From Patescibacteria group bacterium (lineage in GTDB: Bacteria > Patescibacteriota > Dojkabacteria > GCA-002793355), in NCBI GenBank assembly GCA_016860985.1, contig BOKM01000001.1:317716-381715 (forward strand): a DNA stretch of 64,000 nt. The letters run 5' to 3'. Every line of letters starts with the position of its first letter. Positions within the stretch are counted from its first letter, which is position 1. This document shows, one piece after another, positions 11,701 through 20,178 of this stretch. A program made the position numbers and the translations under genes. The notes under the pieces were generated by a model that saw only the letters and a program-made list of their open reading frames with translations, was not told the DNA's origin and did no database searches.

Positions 11701-12095
11701 CTCCAAAAGAGCAGTCCTCTCAGGAAGCACCAAAATCACCAACCTCCGGAGTTAACGTACCGAGCGCTTCCCCCCAACCGACACAAGTACAAGCACCAGC
11801 TCCCGCACAAAAAGCGCAACCTGTCCAAATGCCTAGAGTTGAGCAACAAGTTATGAACCAGAAGCCTGAACTTACGCCAAAAACTACAGTTCAGCTCCCA
11901 CCAACAATCCCTGGAAAAGTTGCAAGCACGCAGCCATCGAACGTAAAAATACCAGAACCAAAAACAGTGCCACCTATTCCATCAACTGTTTCCCAGCCAC
12001 CACAGGTGACTGCTATGCCAAAGCAACCAGCTTCACTCCCGATTCAAGCAAGCAATCTGCCACCAGAGTCACCCTCTTTACCAATCGGGAAATAG
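8724..12095 (+). CDS. large surface protein: cohesin-like, cadherin/Ig-like repeats, PT linker, C-terminal TM and Pro/Gln-rich tail
   Basis: NNAPSFTSEP and NTAPTFTSDP repeats with DxDxDP motifs; PKPSPTPKPT linker; hydrophobic LFVAALILIIILILLPLILYFAF; about 270-aa proline-rich tail. Confidence 0.7.
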   Translation: MRKERTRQWLTLFSLFMLLVLPTAIVGFNNFSTFVNRAFAKPFQKQEATFLVQSESSAGIATGSKFSLKLTAATPKTLPLKHFAAFIEFDKSKVDISSVQLQNTKLLKVVAYQNGYLVLPVNAAVPTNFRELYPETCAANDSCDFSQFSAGTVDLVINGVLLSALTEQQRPIKVTMLGASETSTVAIWNEKIILPSLNLGEFVKNNAPSFTSEPQPYIHEAKLFEYDISIADKDSDPVTLSLECPTTAFCDKLQTAPEGITLEGSTLRWDTPLYAESPYTITVYANDGKSVSTQTFSLKVLQTDTSYFSCTFTPALSVKILDYRVETPLIIFAQSSADLSKAVVTLEKDGVTEKTFTYDFTPSKKTIILDQSSNPALTYKFKEGNYTGTATFTSTSGANFTCELTNPTVSFTSLLRQAFIHTVENIVEVVQAQGLTVGTNTAPTFTSDPMAPATSGGSSPSVSFVYGTPYSFTLKAQDSDGDPLQHTIVAKPAWASVAVSSSTSTTGPSNYNIQFTGTPAEKHAGSNLFSVSINDGYGHYITRTWVINVDYPDNDIPRVTIIEPVKAVTRYQGSPFLLKWEVEDRHQVVSFKIQYTKNLSSGSKTTYNNNVSYKTRGLTINTSSMPPGDYYFIVSAVDGFSPPATGAGYTAMVRILPPKPKPSPTPKPTSTPSPTATPTATSTVTASPTPTPTPTATEEPTPEPDEITIQITTPKNQAQIAPNEFQAVITLAASKEGELQKSGITVRLDTEVITDKFTFSAEKGKTLTASYKPTTLLEPGIHELIVTAKDSKGKEKEAKVSFTVLSDTQPTDNNVNFLGFDIPKHLYTLFVAALILIIILILLPLILYFAFRNSDKESPPPNRRLPAAPTGSSAPPSLKTPGTAFAQPVITKANEGPAFQPVVIPKNDIPTEAPKITPPETLQSFVAQSSMNEAQQKAEGNRVPQQVAGPTFTPPPPVQPTKPFVPMVKEQSIKPATSIKNDPPPQIRPTPFTPKEQSSQEAPKSPTSGVNVPSASPQPTQVQAPAPAQKAQPVQMPRVEQQVMNQKPELTPKTTVQLPPTIPGKVASTQPSNVKIPEPKTVPPIPSTVSQPPQVTAMPKQPASLPIQASNLPPESPSLPIGK

Positions 12096-12164
12096 TACCA
12101 ATACAGGTCAGAGACTCGTACCCTCGACTCGACAAACGTAAGGTCATAAGTGCTATAATTACCG

Positions 12165-13976
12165 ATGAAACAGATGACATATCTTGAGGTTAGAAATGCG
12201 TACTTAGACTTTATGAAAAGTAAAGGTCACCAAGAGGTGCCAAACGCTTCTCTCGTTCCAGAAAATGACCCAACTCTTTTGTTTGTAAATTCGGGAATGT
12301 TTCCACTTGTTCCGTTTCTACTTGGCGAGACACACCCTCTCGGCACACGCCTTGTTAATGTACAGCGTTGTGTAAGAACAGAAGATTTGGAAGAAGTTGG
12401 CGATATATCTCACGCCACTGCCTTTGAAATGATTGGCAACTGGTCTTTAGGTGACTATTTTAAAGAACAAGCATTGCAACAGACCTACGAGTTCTTTATT
12501 GAACGTCTTGGCATTCCTGTAGAACAAATATATGGTTCTGTATTTGAAGGAGACGAAGATGCGCCACAAGATACAACTTCAATTGAACTGCTAAAAGCAA
12601 TATTCAAAAAATATGGAATAGATGCAAAGGCCGGAAAGAATGAACGTATTCAGCTCTATGGTAAAAAGAAAAACTGGTGGGGGCTCGCCGGTGGTGGACC
12701 TTGCGGTACAACATCAGAAATTTTTTACGACACCGGAAAAGAACCTTGTGGCCCAGATTGTCACATAAACTGTGATTGCGGTAAGTATATCGAAATTGGA
12801 AACAACGTCTTCATGGAGTTTCTTAATAAAGACGGAAAGTACACTCCACTCGCGAAGCAAAACGTAGATTTTGGAGGCGGATTAGATCGTATTGTCATAT
12901 TACTTCAAGGAGTAACCAGCTACCACGAAACCGATATTTACAAACCGATTGGTGATTATGTCCGAAGCATTGCAAAGGTACAAAACACAAAATCAGAGAG
13001 AATTATCATTGATCACGTTAAATCAGCTACCTGGATAATAATGGATGGCGTACTTCCTGGAAAAACCGAAAAAGAGTATGTTCTTCGCAGATTAATCAGA
13101 AGGGCAATCCGTCACGGAAAAATACTTGGAATCGAAAAGCCCTTCTTGCGCGAGGTTGGAGAAGTAGCAGTTGATCAGTTTGCTCCTGTTTACTCTCAAC
13201 TGGCTGAACAAAAGGACCACATTCTCGAAGTTCTTGCCCAAGAAGAAACAAAATTCCTCAATACACTAAAAGGTGGCATGACTCAAGTAGCAAAACTGGT
13301 CGAGCAGCACAAAAATAGCGAATTTACCAATGCACAGGGAGAAAGTTTTTCGTTATACGAAAGTTTTGGATTTCCTCCCGAAATGTTCCTTGAAGAGTTA
13401 ACAAATGCGGGTATTTCTGTTTCTCAAGACCTCTTTTGGCAAAACCACAAAGCAAAGGCAATGGAACATCAAGAAAAATCACGTACTGCAACTCAAGGAT
13501 TGTTTAAAGGTGGACTCGCAGATACATCTGAAAAATCAACTCATTATCACACGACTACACACTTACTCTTAGCTGCACTGCGAAAGATTGTTGGAACTCA
13601 TATTTACCAAAAAGGGAGCAATATTACTCCCGAAAGGCTACGCTTTGACATTCCAAATCCAGAAAAACTCACACCAGAACAGATTAAAGAAGTAGAGCTA
13701 CTTATAAATCAAAAGATACAAGAAGGCTTACCCGTTGATTTTGAAGAAATGCCAAAAGATAAAGCACTTGAGCTAGTACCTTTTGCCGCTTTCGAAGGGA
13801 AATACGCCGATGTTGTCAAAGTTTATACGGTAGGAACAAAAGAAGCACCATTTTCTCAAGAACTTTGTAATGGACCACATGTAAAAAATACTTCTGAAAT
13901 ATCTGGCACCTTTCGCATCACGCAGCAGGAAAAGATAGGTAATGGAATCTTAAGAATAAAAGGAGTATTACAATAA
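12165..13976 (+). CDS. alaS: alanine--tRNA ligase, short form lacking C-Ala
   Basis: DPTLLFVNSGM, FEMIGNWSLGDYFK, DFGGGLDR, YVLRRLIRRA, editing HTTTH and ELCNGPH. Confidence 0.96.
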   Translation: MKQMTYLEVRNAYLDFMKSKGHQEVPNASLVPENDPTLLFVNSGMFPLVPFLLGETHPLGTRLVNVQRCVRTEDLEEVGDISHATAFEMIGNWSLGDYFKEQALQQTYEFFIERLGIPVEQIYGSVFEGDEDAPQDTTSIELLKAIFKKYGIDAKAGKNERIQLYGKKKNWWGLAGGGPCGTTSEIFYDTGKEPCGPDCHINCDCGKYIEIGNNVFMEFLNKDGKYTPLAKQNVDFGGGLDRIVILLQGVTSYHETDIYKPIGDYVRSIAKVQNTKSERIIIDHVKSATWIIMDGVLPGKTEKEYVLRRLIRRAIRHGKILGIEKPFLREVGEVAVDQFAPVYSQLAEQKDHILEVLAQEETKFLNTLKGGMTQVAKLVEQHKNSEFTNAQGESFSLYESFGFPPEMFLEELTNAGISVSQDLFWQNHKAKAMEHQEKSRTATQGLFKGGLADTSEKSTHYHTTTHLLLAALRKIVGTHIYQKGSNITPERLRFDIPNPEKLTPEQIKEVELLINQKIQEGLPVDFEEMPKDKALELVPFAAFEGKYADVVKVYTVGTKEAPFSQELCNGPHVKNTSEISGTFRITQQEKIGNGILRIKGVLQ

Positions 13977-13979
13977 CGT

Positions 13980-14357
13980 ATGTACATTTTAGGTATTGAT
14001 TTTGGAACAAAGAAGCTAGGGCTTGCAATCCTTGAATCTACTACGCAGATTTGCAGTCCGCTTCCTTTGCTTCAGAACGATAAAGAGATGTGGGAGAACC
14101 TACAAAAGGTTATTTCCGAGTATCGAGTCACACATATTATTCTTGGGCTCCCCTCTTACGAAGAAACGGCAAAAAAAGTTGAGCGTTTTAAACAAAACCT
14201 TCTCAGTAAATTTGCGGTTAATGTCGATTATTCCCCCGAAGATCTCACTTCGTTAACAGTAAAAAAGCAATTGACTTCTAAAAAACAGAAGCAGAATCTA
14301 GACTCGTATAGCGCTGTCGCGATCCTCGAACAATGGGCGAGCAGCAATATTAATTAA
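13980..14357 (+). CDS. yqgF: YqgF/RuvX family pre-16S rRNA nuclease
   Basis: LGIDFGTKKLGLA, ILGLP, EDLTS, DSYSAVAILE; conserved alaS-yqgF-mltG order. Confidence 0.88.
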   Translation: MYILGIDFGTKKLGLAILESTTQICSPLPLLQNDKEMWENLQKVISEYRVTHIILGLPSYEETAKKVERFKQNLLSKFAVNVDYSPEDLTSLTVKKQLTSKKQKQNLDSYSAVAILEQWASSNIN

Positions 14358-14368
14358 TACAGCAAAAA

Positions 14369-15481
14369 ATGGCATTTTACTCTGGAAAAATGGTAAAAGA
14401 ACAATCAAAAAAGCGTTCACCACTTGGAATCATACTTGCAGCATTATTTCTTATCGGAGTAGCAGCTATTGGCGTTGCGCTCAATACTCCTTCTATTAAG
14501 ACCAAGATTGACACGTACAAGTGCTATTGGGACGGAACACTAATCACAAAGAATCAAAGCGACAGAACTGACATTCAACCAATAACCATTGTTTCAGGGC
14601 AAGATCCACTTTCTGTAGGTCGTCTTCTTCAAGAAAAAGGTGTTATAAAAAATGCTAGCGACTTCCTTTGTTATGTTCATAAAATTAATGCTGGAGATAA
14701 AATACAGGCGGGCTATTACGAAATTCAACTTCCAATTTCAATCGAACAACTTGTACCATACCTTCAGAGCTCAAGAATTCCAACGGCTCGAATGACAATT
14801 CCAGAAGGACTCAGATACGACGAAGTTGCGGACAGGATAGATACAGCACTTGGGAAAGAAAACGCAATAAAGAAGTTTAATAAAGATGAGTTTCTTACCC
14901 TTGCAACTAATAGTGAAATACTTGCAGAACTCCCCTATCTTAAAGGCAAACCCTCAGCCGAAGGGTTTTTATTCCCTGATACGTATGAAGTCGCCAAAAA
15001 TGCAACAAGCAGAGAGGTTTTTGACTTGCTTATAGGCACATTCAAGAGAAAAGTAATTGACGGAAGTGAACTTTCCTCCTCTAAAGAGTTAACCCCTTAT
15101 CAGGTAATTACTCTTGCGTCGATTATCGAAAAAGAAGCTGGTAAATCCTACGAAGAAAAAAGAATAGTTGCCGGTATCTTATTGAAACGTATGAAAAATG
15201 ATTGGCTTCTTCAGGTTGATGCAACCTTTTTATACGAGAAAAAAGATTGGAAGGCAGTTATCTATCAGCAGGATAAACTAAGCAACTCTGCCTACAACAC
15301 ATACAAACGCATGGGGCTACCGCCTACTCCTATTTCAAATCCAGGCTTAGACAGTATCAACGCAGTACTTGACCCGCAAGAGAGTAAATATTGGTACTAT
15401 CTTCATGGCACAGACGGGGGCATCAGATATGCGCAAACAAACGAAGAACATATACGAAACATAGACTTGTATTTGCGTTAA
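14369..15481 (+). CDS. mltG: endolytic transglycosylase MltG
   Basis: TIPEG, EGFLFPDTY, LASIIEKEA, LQVDAT, YNTYKRMGLPPTPISNPG. Confidence 0.93.
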   Translation: MAFYSGKMVKEQSKKRSPLGIILAALFLIGVAAIGVALNTPSIKTKIDTYKCYWDGTLITKNQSDRTDIQPITIVSGQDPLSVGRLLQEKGVIKNASDFLCYVHKINAGDKIQAGYYEIQLPISIEQLVPYLQSSRIPTARMTIPEGLRYDEVADRIDTALGKENAIKKFNKDEFLTLATNSEILAELPYLKGKPSAEGFLFPDTYEVAKNATSREVFDLLIGTFKRKVIDGSELSSSKELTPYQVITLASIIEKEAGKSYEEKRIVAGILLKRMKNDWLLQVDATFLYEKKDWKAVIYQQDKLSNSAYNTYKRMGLPPTPISNPGLDSINAVLDPQESKYWYYLHGTDGGIRYAQTNEEHIRNIDLYLR

Positions 15482-15502
15482 CTTCTGTGCGACAATGACC
15501 TC

Positions 15503-16936
15503 ATGAACCTACGATTTAAACGAACAAAAAAGACGGACCCAACTCACCTTGATCCTGAGACGAGCGACCAACCAGCGATTTCAAAGGTAGCCAAAAAGAA
15601 CAACCCTGGAATGAGATTTATTGGATTAGTCCTCCGCATATTTGCTTTTCTGATTCCGCTTGCGTTAATCGGCGCTGCAGTACCGTATGCAATAATGCAA
15701 AGTTCAAACGTTTTACAACCATTTTTCAAAGCAGCAAATTTTACTGTTAATGGAAGTTCAACAGCATTTTCAACGTTGAAAAAAGAACCTACACTAAGAA
15801 AGGATGCTAATAACATGACTAACGTGCTGATTGTTGGTATCGATACCAGAGCGAAAGGCAGCAAGTTACTAAATACAGATACAATCATTCTTGCATCTTA
15901 CAATCACCGAACAAATGAGGTCGCAATGATCTCTTTTCCAAGAGACTTAAATGTAAACTATCCAAACACACCAAGTATCGGAAAGATTAACGCAACCTAC
16001 GCTTACGGAGAGATGAGAAAAGATGGTGGCGGGATTGAATATCTCAGACAGCTTATCGAATCAATTTCAGGTCAGAAAATTCAGTATCATGTTATGGTAG
16101 ATCTAAAAGGGTTTACTACAATCATAGATTTGCTAGGTGGGGTCGATGTTAATGTAGACACTGCATTTACTGGTGACTATCCGACCGAAACATATGGATG
16201 GACAACTGTCACTTTCAAGAAGGGTGTCGTGCATATGAATGGAAACAAAGCACTCCAATACGCCCGAATACGACATGCTTACCCTTACTCAGAAGCTTCT
16301 GACTTTGCTCGTGCAAAAAGACAGCAAAAAGTTATTCAAGCTGTAATTGATAAAGCCACTAAAGTAGACACGCTTCAAAATACAAAGAAGATTTTTGAAA
16401 TCCTTGGTGCGGTAGCACAAAATATCAAGATAAACCGAGTGACTCCAGAAGACATTGAAGCAGGACTTATGATCTTAAAAGACAAAGGCAAGCCAGTATC
16501 GTACTCAATGGTTCTTGACCCTGCTGCCGGTGGTTATGGCCGCTTAATTAAGCGTGGCGCAGGTTATCTTTACACACTTGAACCAACCGCAGGCAAAAAC
16601 AACTGGAGCCAAGTAAAATCGTTTATAAAAGATTATGCTGCCGCTCCTGGGCTTGTTACTCTGAAATCTCCAATTTATGTTTATAACAACGGAAAAGATA
16701 ACTATAACTCTGCCTTTAGCAACATGAGCAATCGCTATTATTATGCCGACTTCCGCAACGGCGGTTCTCAAAAGAATTTACCGAAAACAGGAGTTTACAA
16801 TATTGGTGGAAGTAAGTCGGCAACCGCGGCACAATATCTTGCCAACACATACAAAATTCCATTGCAAACTGTTGACGATACTGTTTCTGTTCCAAAACCA
16901 AAGGGAGCAGCAATTGTCATAGTGTTAGGAAAATAA
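15503..16936 (+). CDS. LCP (LytR-CpsA-Psr) family cell-wall polymer ligase with LytR_C domain
   Basis: TM, GID, TDTIIL, SFPRD, KINATY, YARIRH, SDFARAKRQQ, C-terminal IVIVLG. Confidence 0.92.
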   Translation: MNLRFKRTKKTDPTHLDPETSDQPAISKVAKKNNPGMRFIGLVLRIFAFLIPLALIGAAVPYAIMQSSNVLQPFFKAANFTVNGSSTAFSTLKKEPTLRKDANNMTNVLIVGIDTRAKGSKLLNTDTIILASYNHRTNEVAMISFPRDLNVNYPNTPSIGKINATYAYGEMRKDGGGIEYLRQLIESISGQKIQYHVMVDLKGFTTIIDLLGGVDVNVDTAFTGDYPTETYGWTTVTFKKGVVHMNGNKALQYARIRHAYPYSEASDFARAKRQQKVIQAVIDKATKVDTLQNTKKIFEILGAVAQNIKINRVTPEDIEAGLMILKDKGKPVSYSMVLDPAAGGYGRLIKRGAGYLYTLEPTAGKNNWSQVKSFIKDYAAAPGLVTLKSPIYVYNNGKDNYNSAFSNMSNRYYYADFRNGGSQKNLPKTGVYNIGGSKSATAAQYLANTYKIPLQTVDDTVSVPKPKGAAIVIVLGK

Positions 16937-16939
16937 CGC

Positions 16940-17860
16940 ATGCTTACGTTAATAGCTACAGGAGACAGAGAATCTGACTTGTACCATTGGTACGAAGTAC
17001 GTGAAAAACATCCGGAGTTAAAAAGTATTCCAAGTATCGACGCCTCGACACCTCAAGGCGCAGCAGAGTTTGCACGTCGAGTTGAAACTATCTCATTTTT
17101 TGGTAACACAGATATCATTGTTGCTCATTCTGTTGAGATAACCCCGCAATTAGTTCACCTCATCCATGAATATACAGGCACTATTTACATTGTGACAACG
17201 GTAGGAAAAGTACCAAAAACACTACAAGCAAAAAGCGCTTTTGACAAATGCACCGACCAGATGCTAAAGAACCTCATTTCAACAAGACTTCGAACACTAT
17301 CCCTCTCGCCGACGAAAGAAGATATGGCAAAGCTCTATTTTACACTCTCAATTGAGGAGTATTCCGGTAAAGAAAGACTCTCACCACTTCGTTGCCGTAC
17401 GTTAGTAAGACAGCTTATGACTATAGAAGGAAGCACACCAGAAGATGCAAGAAAGTTATTCACAAATTTGATTGGCTTAGTGGAAGGCAAAGCTAGCCAA
17501 TGGGAACTTCTTGCTAACTTGTTTACAACGCAAAAAAGAAAACAAAAAGAGTACTTTCAGTCGCTGTCCGAACTCATGACACCCTACGAAATCATGTCTC
17601 ATGCGAAATCAACATTGCTCTTGGTATATGCCATCATGCTTGGACGCAAAGACCATCTCGATTCAGCATCAATTGCAACAAAACTTGGTAAGCACCCCTT
17701 TTATATAAGTTCCCTACTTAGGACTGTAGAAGAAAAAGGCATTACCATAGACAAGGTCAAGAAAATACTAAGCCGTCTTCTGAATTTAGAAATGGCTTTA
17801 AAGTCAGGAAAATTCGATGACGAGTATTTTGGTTTCGAAGTGCTGCTCGCAACAATGTAG
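16940..17860 (+). CDS. holA: probable DNA polymerase III delta subunit (divergent)
   Basis: SFFG near the N-terminus, C-terminal KHPFYI and LLNLEMALKSG, length about 300 aa. Confidence 0.6.
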   Translation: MLTLIATGDRESDLYHWYEVREKHPELKSIPSIDASTPQGAAEFARRVETISFFGNTDIIVAHSVEITPQLVHLIHEYTGTIYIVTTVGKVPKTLQAKSAFDKCTDQMLKNLISTRLRTLSLSPTKEDMAKLYFTLSIEEYSGKERLSPLRCRTLVRQLMTIEGSTPEDARKLFTNLIGLVEGKASQWELLANLFTTQKRKQKEYFQSLSELMTPYEIMSHAKSTLLLVYAIMLGRKDHLDSASIATKLGKHPFYISSLLRTVEEKGITIDKVKKILSRLLNLEMALKSGKFDDEYFGFEVLLATM

Positions 17861-17861
17861 A

Positions 17862-18281
17862 CTACCTAAGTTGGAATGGATTCCCATTAATTCCATACCA
17901 CTCGCCCTCCGATACGACGATAACATACCGATAGGACAATTCATCTTGTTTTAGTAAAGAAACCGAATGAGATGTTGATGGTGATTCTCCATTCGCAGAA
18001 AGTACCTTATATGGCAATGATGAGAAATCTGCATATGATTTGCCCAGCAAAATAAACCCTGTGCAAGCTTCGCGTGTTTCCCAAGTTATCTTCATTCGTC
18101 CGACGTCATCTGTATCTATCGTGAATTGCGAGGGCTCACAAGGCTGTTTGACGGTATTGTCTGAACTTACTAAATACTCTTGTTCTCGTACGTATTTTAC
18201 CCACAAAAATGCCATTATTAAGGGAATTAGCAATGATAAGACTACGCCAATTAACGCAATTTTTCTTAGTAACTGCTTCAT
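17862..18281 (-). CDS. membrane-anchored protein with FN3/purple-acid-phosphatase-N-like beta sandwich
   Basis: N-terminal TM; ITWETREACTG...SHSVSL...YRYVIVVS pattern. Confidence 0.55.
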   Translation of the reverse strand: MKQLLRKIALIGVVLSLLIPLIMAFLWVKYVREQEYLVSSDNTVKQPCEPSQFTIDTDDVGRMKITWETREACTGFILLGKSYADFSSLPYKVLSANGESPSTSHSVSLLKQDELSYRYVIVVSEGEWYGINGNPFQLR

Positions 18282-19006
18282 TATCTGTGACCGCGTTCAA
18301 TAACGATGCCCTTTGGTAATTTACTTCGGTTGCCCATCGCGTTTTTCATTATTTTTACCAAGATAGAACCTACGGTAAAAATCAGCACAATACCTACAAC
18401 TAAAAGAAGATATGTTTGTTGTCTATCAGACAAAAATGGTTGAGCTGTCGCTACTGTAGATTCTCCTAATACTTCTTCTAGCTCCGAAGTTGTTGCGTCT
18501 GGCAATACCTGAGCATTTCTTGTTGGAATTACTACACTATTAGGATGGAAGGGATCTTGCCAAATAGCGACTGTTTTTGCACCTTTAACATCTGCTTCTG
18601 GGGTATCAATCGTTACAGTGAACGTTTGATCTTGCACATCACCGGCAATAGTTGCTGCTCGAACGGTAATTGTGAATACTCCACCAACAGAAGGGACCGT
18701 GCCGGTTAACTGTTGTGTCTCAGGAATCCAACTGACCCAATCTGGCTTTGCGAGTACAGATAGTGTCACTTCACTACCTGAAAGTGAGGTCGCTAACACT
18801 TTATAGACAAAGGTTGAATCTGCAGAAACAAGGATTGGAGGGACTGAAATATATCGAATATCGTCGACCACAGCGACCTCAGTAGGTGTAGGTGTAACTG
18901 TTGCTGTATTTTTTGTGGGATTAAGCACTTGCTGAAGCAACATCGGTAAACCAAACGTTACCATAAGAATAAGTAAAACGACGAAAAACTTCAGACCTGA
19001 CCTCAT
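18281..19006 (-). CDS. membrane protein with putative Ig (He_PIG-like) domain, N- and C-terminal TMs
   Basis: KPDWVSW...LTGTVP...TITVRA...QTFTVTI; TPTPT linker; two hydrophobic segments. Confidence 0.65.
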   Translation of the reverse strand: MRSGLKFFVVLLILMVTFGLPMLLQQVLNPTKNTATVTPTPTEVAVVDDIRYISVPPILVSADSTFVYKVLATSLSGSEVTLSVLAKPDWVSWIPETQQLTGTVPSVGGVFTITVRAATIAGDVQDQTFTVTIDTPEADVKGAKTVAIWQDPFHPNSVVIPTRNAQVLPDATTSELEEVLGESTVATAQPFLSDRQQTYLLLVVGIVLIFTVGSILVKIMKNAMGNRSKLPKGIVIERGHR

Positions 19007-19052
19007 AATGAATTAGTGTAGCACAGATGTTTCAAGTAAGGTATACTTTGTT

Positions 19053-19607
19053 ATGAATGATTTTTTGAAGCGCTTTATCGAACACTCACTGTTCGCAGCT
19101 ACCTTTATGGTGCTTCTAAAAATTGTTGGGGTATGGGTCGCTTTGCTGGCAACAAAAACAGATTTTGCCTTAGAAAGTGCTGCACAAGTTTTCACGTACA
19201 TTACAGTACAATCGACACAGCAAGTTACCCAAATAACAACCTTTGCCGACGCATTTTTTGTCGTTGCACTCATCCTTGCTGGAATAACAGTACTTGTAAA
19301 AACAACCTATTTTAACGACTTAACACGTCATCCAAGAGTGCTCGTAAAAGTAATTCACTACAACCTTACCGGCTGGTTAGAAGACGGACAAGGCATGTAC
19401 CCTAAACTTTTTGCATGGGGAACCTTTCTTTGGCTTGCAACTGTGCTCGTTATACGCGACTACATGACTGCGGGTATTCCTATTGCACTGCCATTTGGGA
19501 TGGGTACATTTGCAGTGCTCTACACTTATCAAGTATTCCGATTCTTAGATACACATATTTCAGATATGATAAGCTACCTATATGGCACAAAACGAAAAAT
19601 CACCTAA
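19053..19607 (+). CDS. four-TM membrane protein of unknown function
   Basis: Four hydrophobic segments; TATACT 5 nt before ATG. Confidence 0.65.
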   Translation: MNDFLKRFIEHSLFAATFMVLLKIVGVWVALLATKTDFALESAAQVFTYITVQSTQQVTQITTFADAFFVVALILAGITVLVKTTYFNDLTRHPRVLVKVIHYNLTGWLEDGQGMYPKLFAWGTFLWLATVLVIRDYMTAGIPIALPFGMGTFAVLYTYQVFRFLDTHISDMISYLYGTKRKIT

Positions 19608-20160
19608 TGCCCCTCATATTTTTGGCGACCTCGCACTCACCGCGGTCGCAGTAAGTGTCGTTGCACTCACCTACTTTGGCGTTGCAGGACTTACTCCAAA
19701 GTCCACACAGCAAATAGCATTGAACAACAATGTACTTGGGGTGACTACAAAACAAAAAGTGCTCAACTATTTTCCCGCCACCACAACCAATCTCGCATTT
19801 GTAAGCAATTATACACTCTCTGGAAATACCACAATGTCGGGCGACGCTTCACTTGTAATTAGCTTTTCACCCCTTGAAGCAACCAACTACTCATTTACTG
19901 CGTTAACAATTAAAAACACCTCATCGGAATATCGAAAAGTTCAACTTACCCCAACCTTCTCGCTCGACGGTTCATATACTTCAATTCAAGTGACGTATGC
20001 AGGCGCAACAACTGAGATTATCACGCCACAGGGGGTAGTTAATCCTATCGATTTGGTTGTTCCTCCTTCTTCTGCAACAGACATTTCGCTGACACTTCAA
20101 CCAACTATTCGACTCGCAACACCTGTTTCGTTAACGTTGGACTTTACGGAAGCCCCTTAA
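19582..20160 (+). CDS. membrane-anchored beta-rich exported protein
   Basis: N-terminal TM, NNVLGVTT, Thr/Ser-rich beta pattern. Confidence 0.6.
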   Translation: MAQNEKSPNAPHIFGDLALTAVAVSVVALTYFGVAGLTPKSTQQIALNNNVLGVTTKQKVLNYFPATTTNLAFVSNYTLSGNTTMSGDASLVISFSPLEATNYSFTALTIKNTSSEYRKVQLTPTFSLDGSYTSIQVTYAGATTEIITPQGVVNPIDLVVPPSSATDISLTLQPTIRLATPVSLTLDFTEAP

Positions 20161-20178
20161 TTTGGCATAATTCGCCTA

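Noticed and set aside
16778-16792. LPKTG in the LCP protein as a sortase signal (also LPMTG in IF2)
   Set aside because: It lies inside the LytR_C domain with no following TM and basic tail; IF2 is cytosolic, so both are likely chance matches
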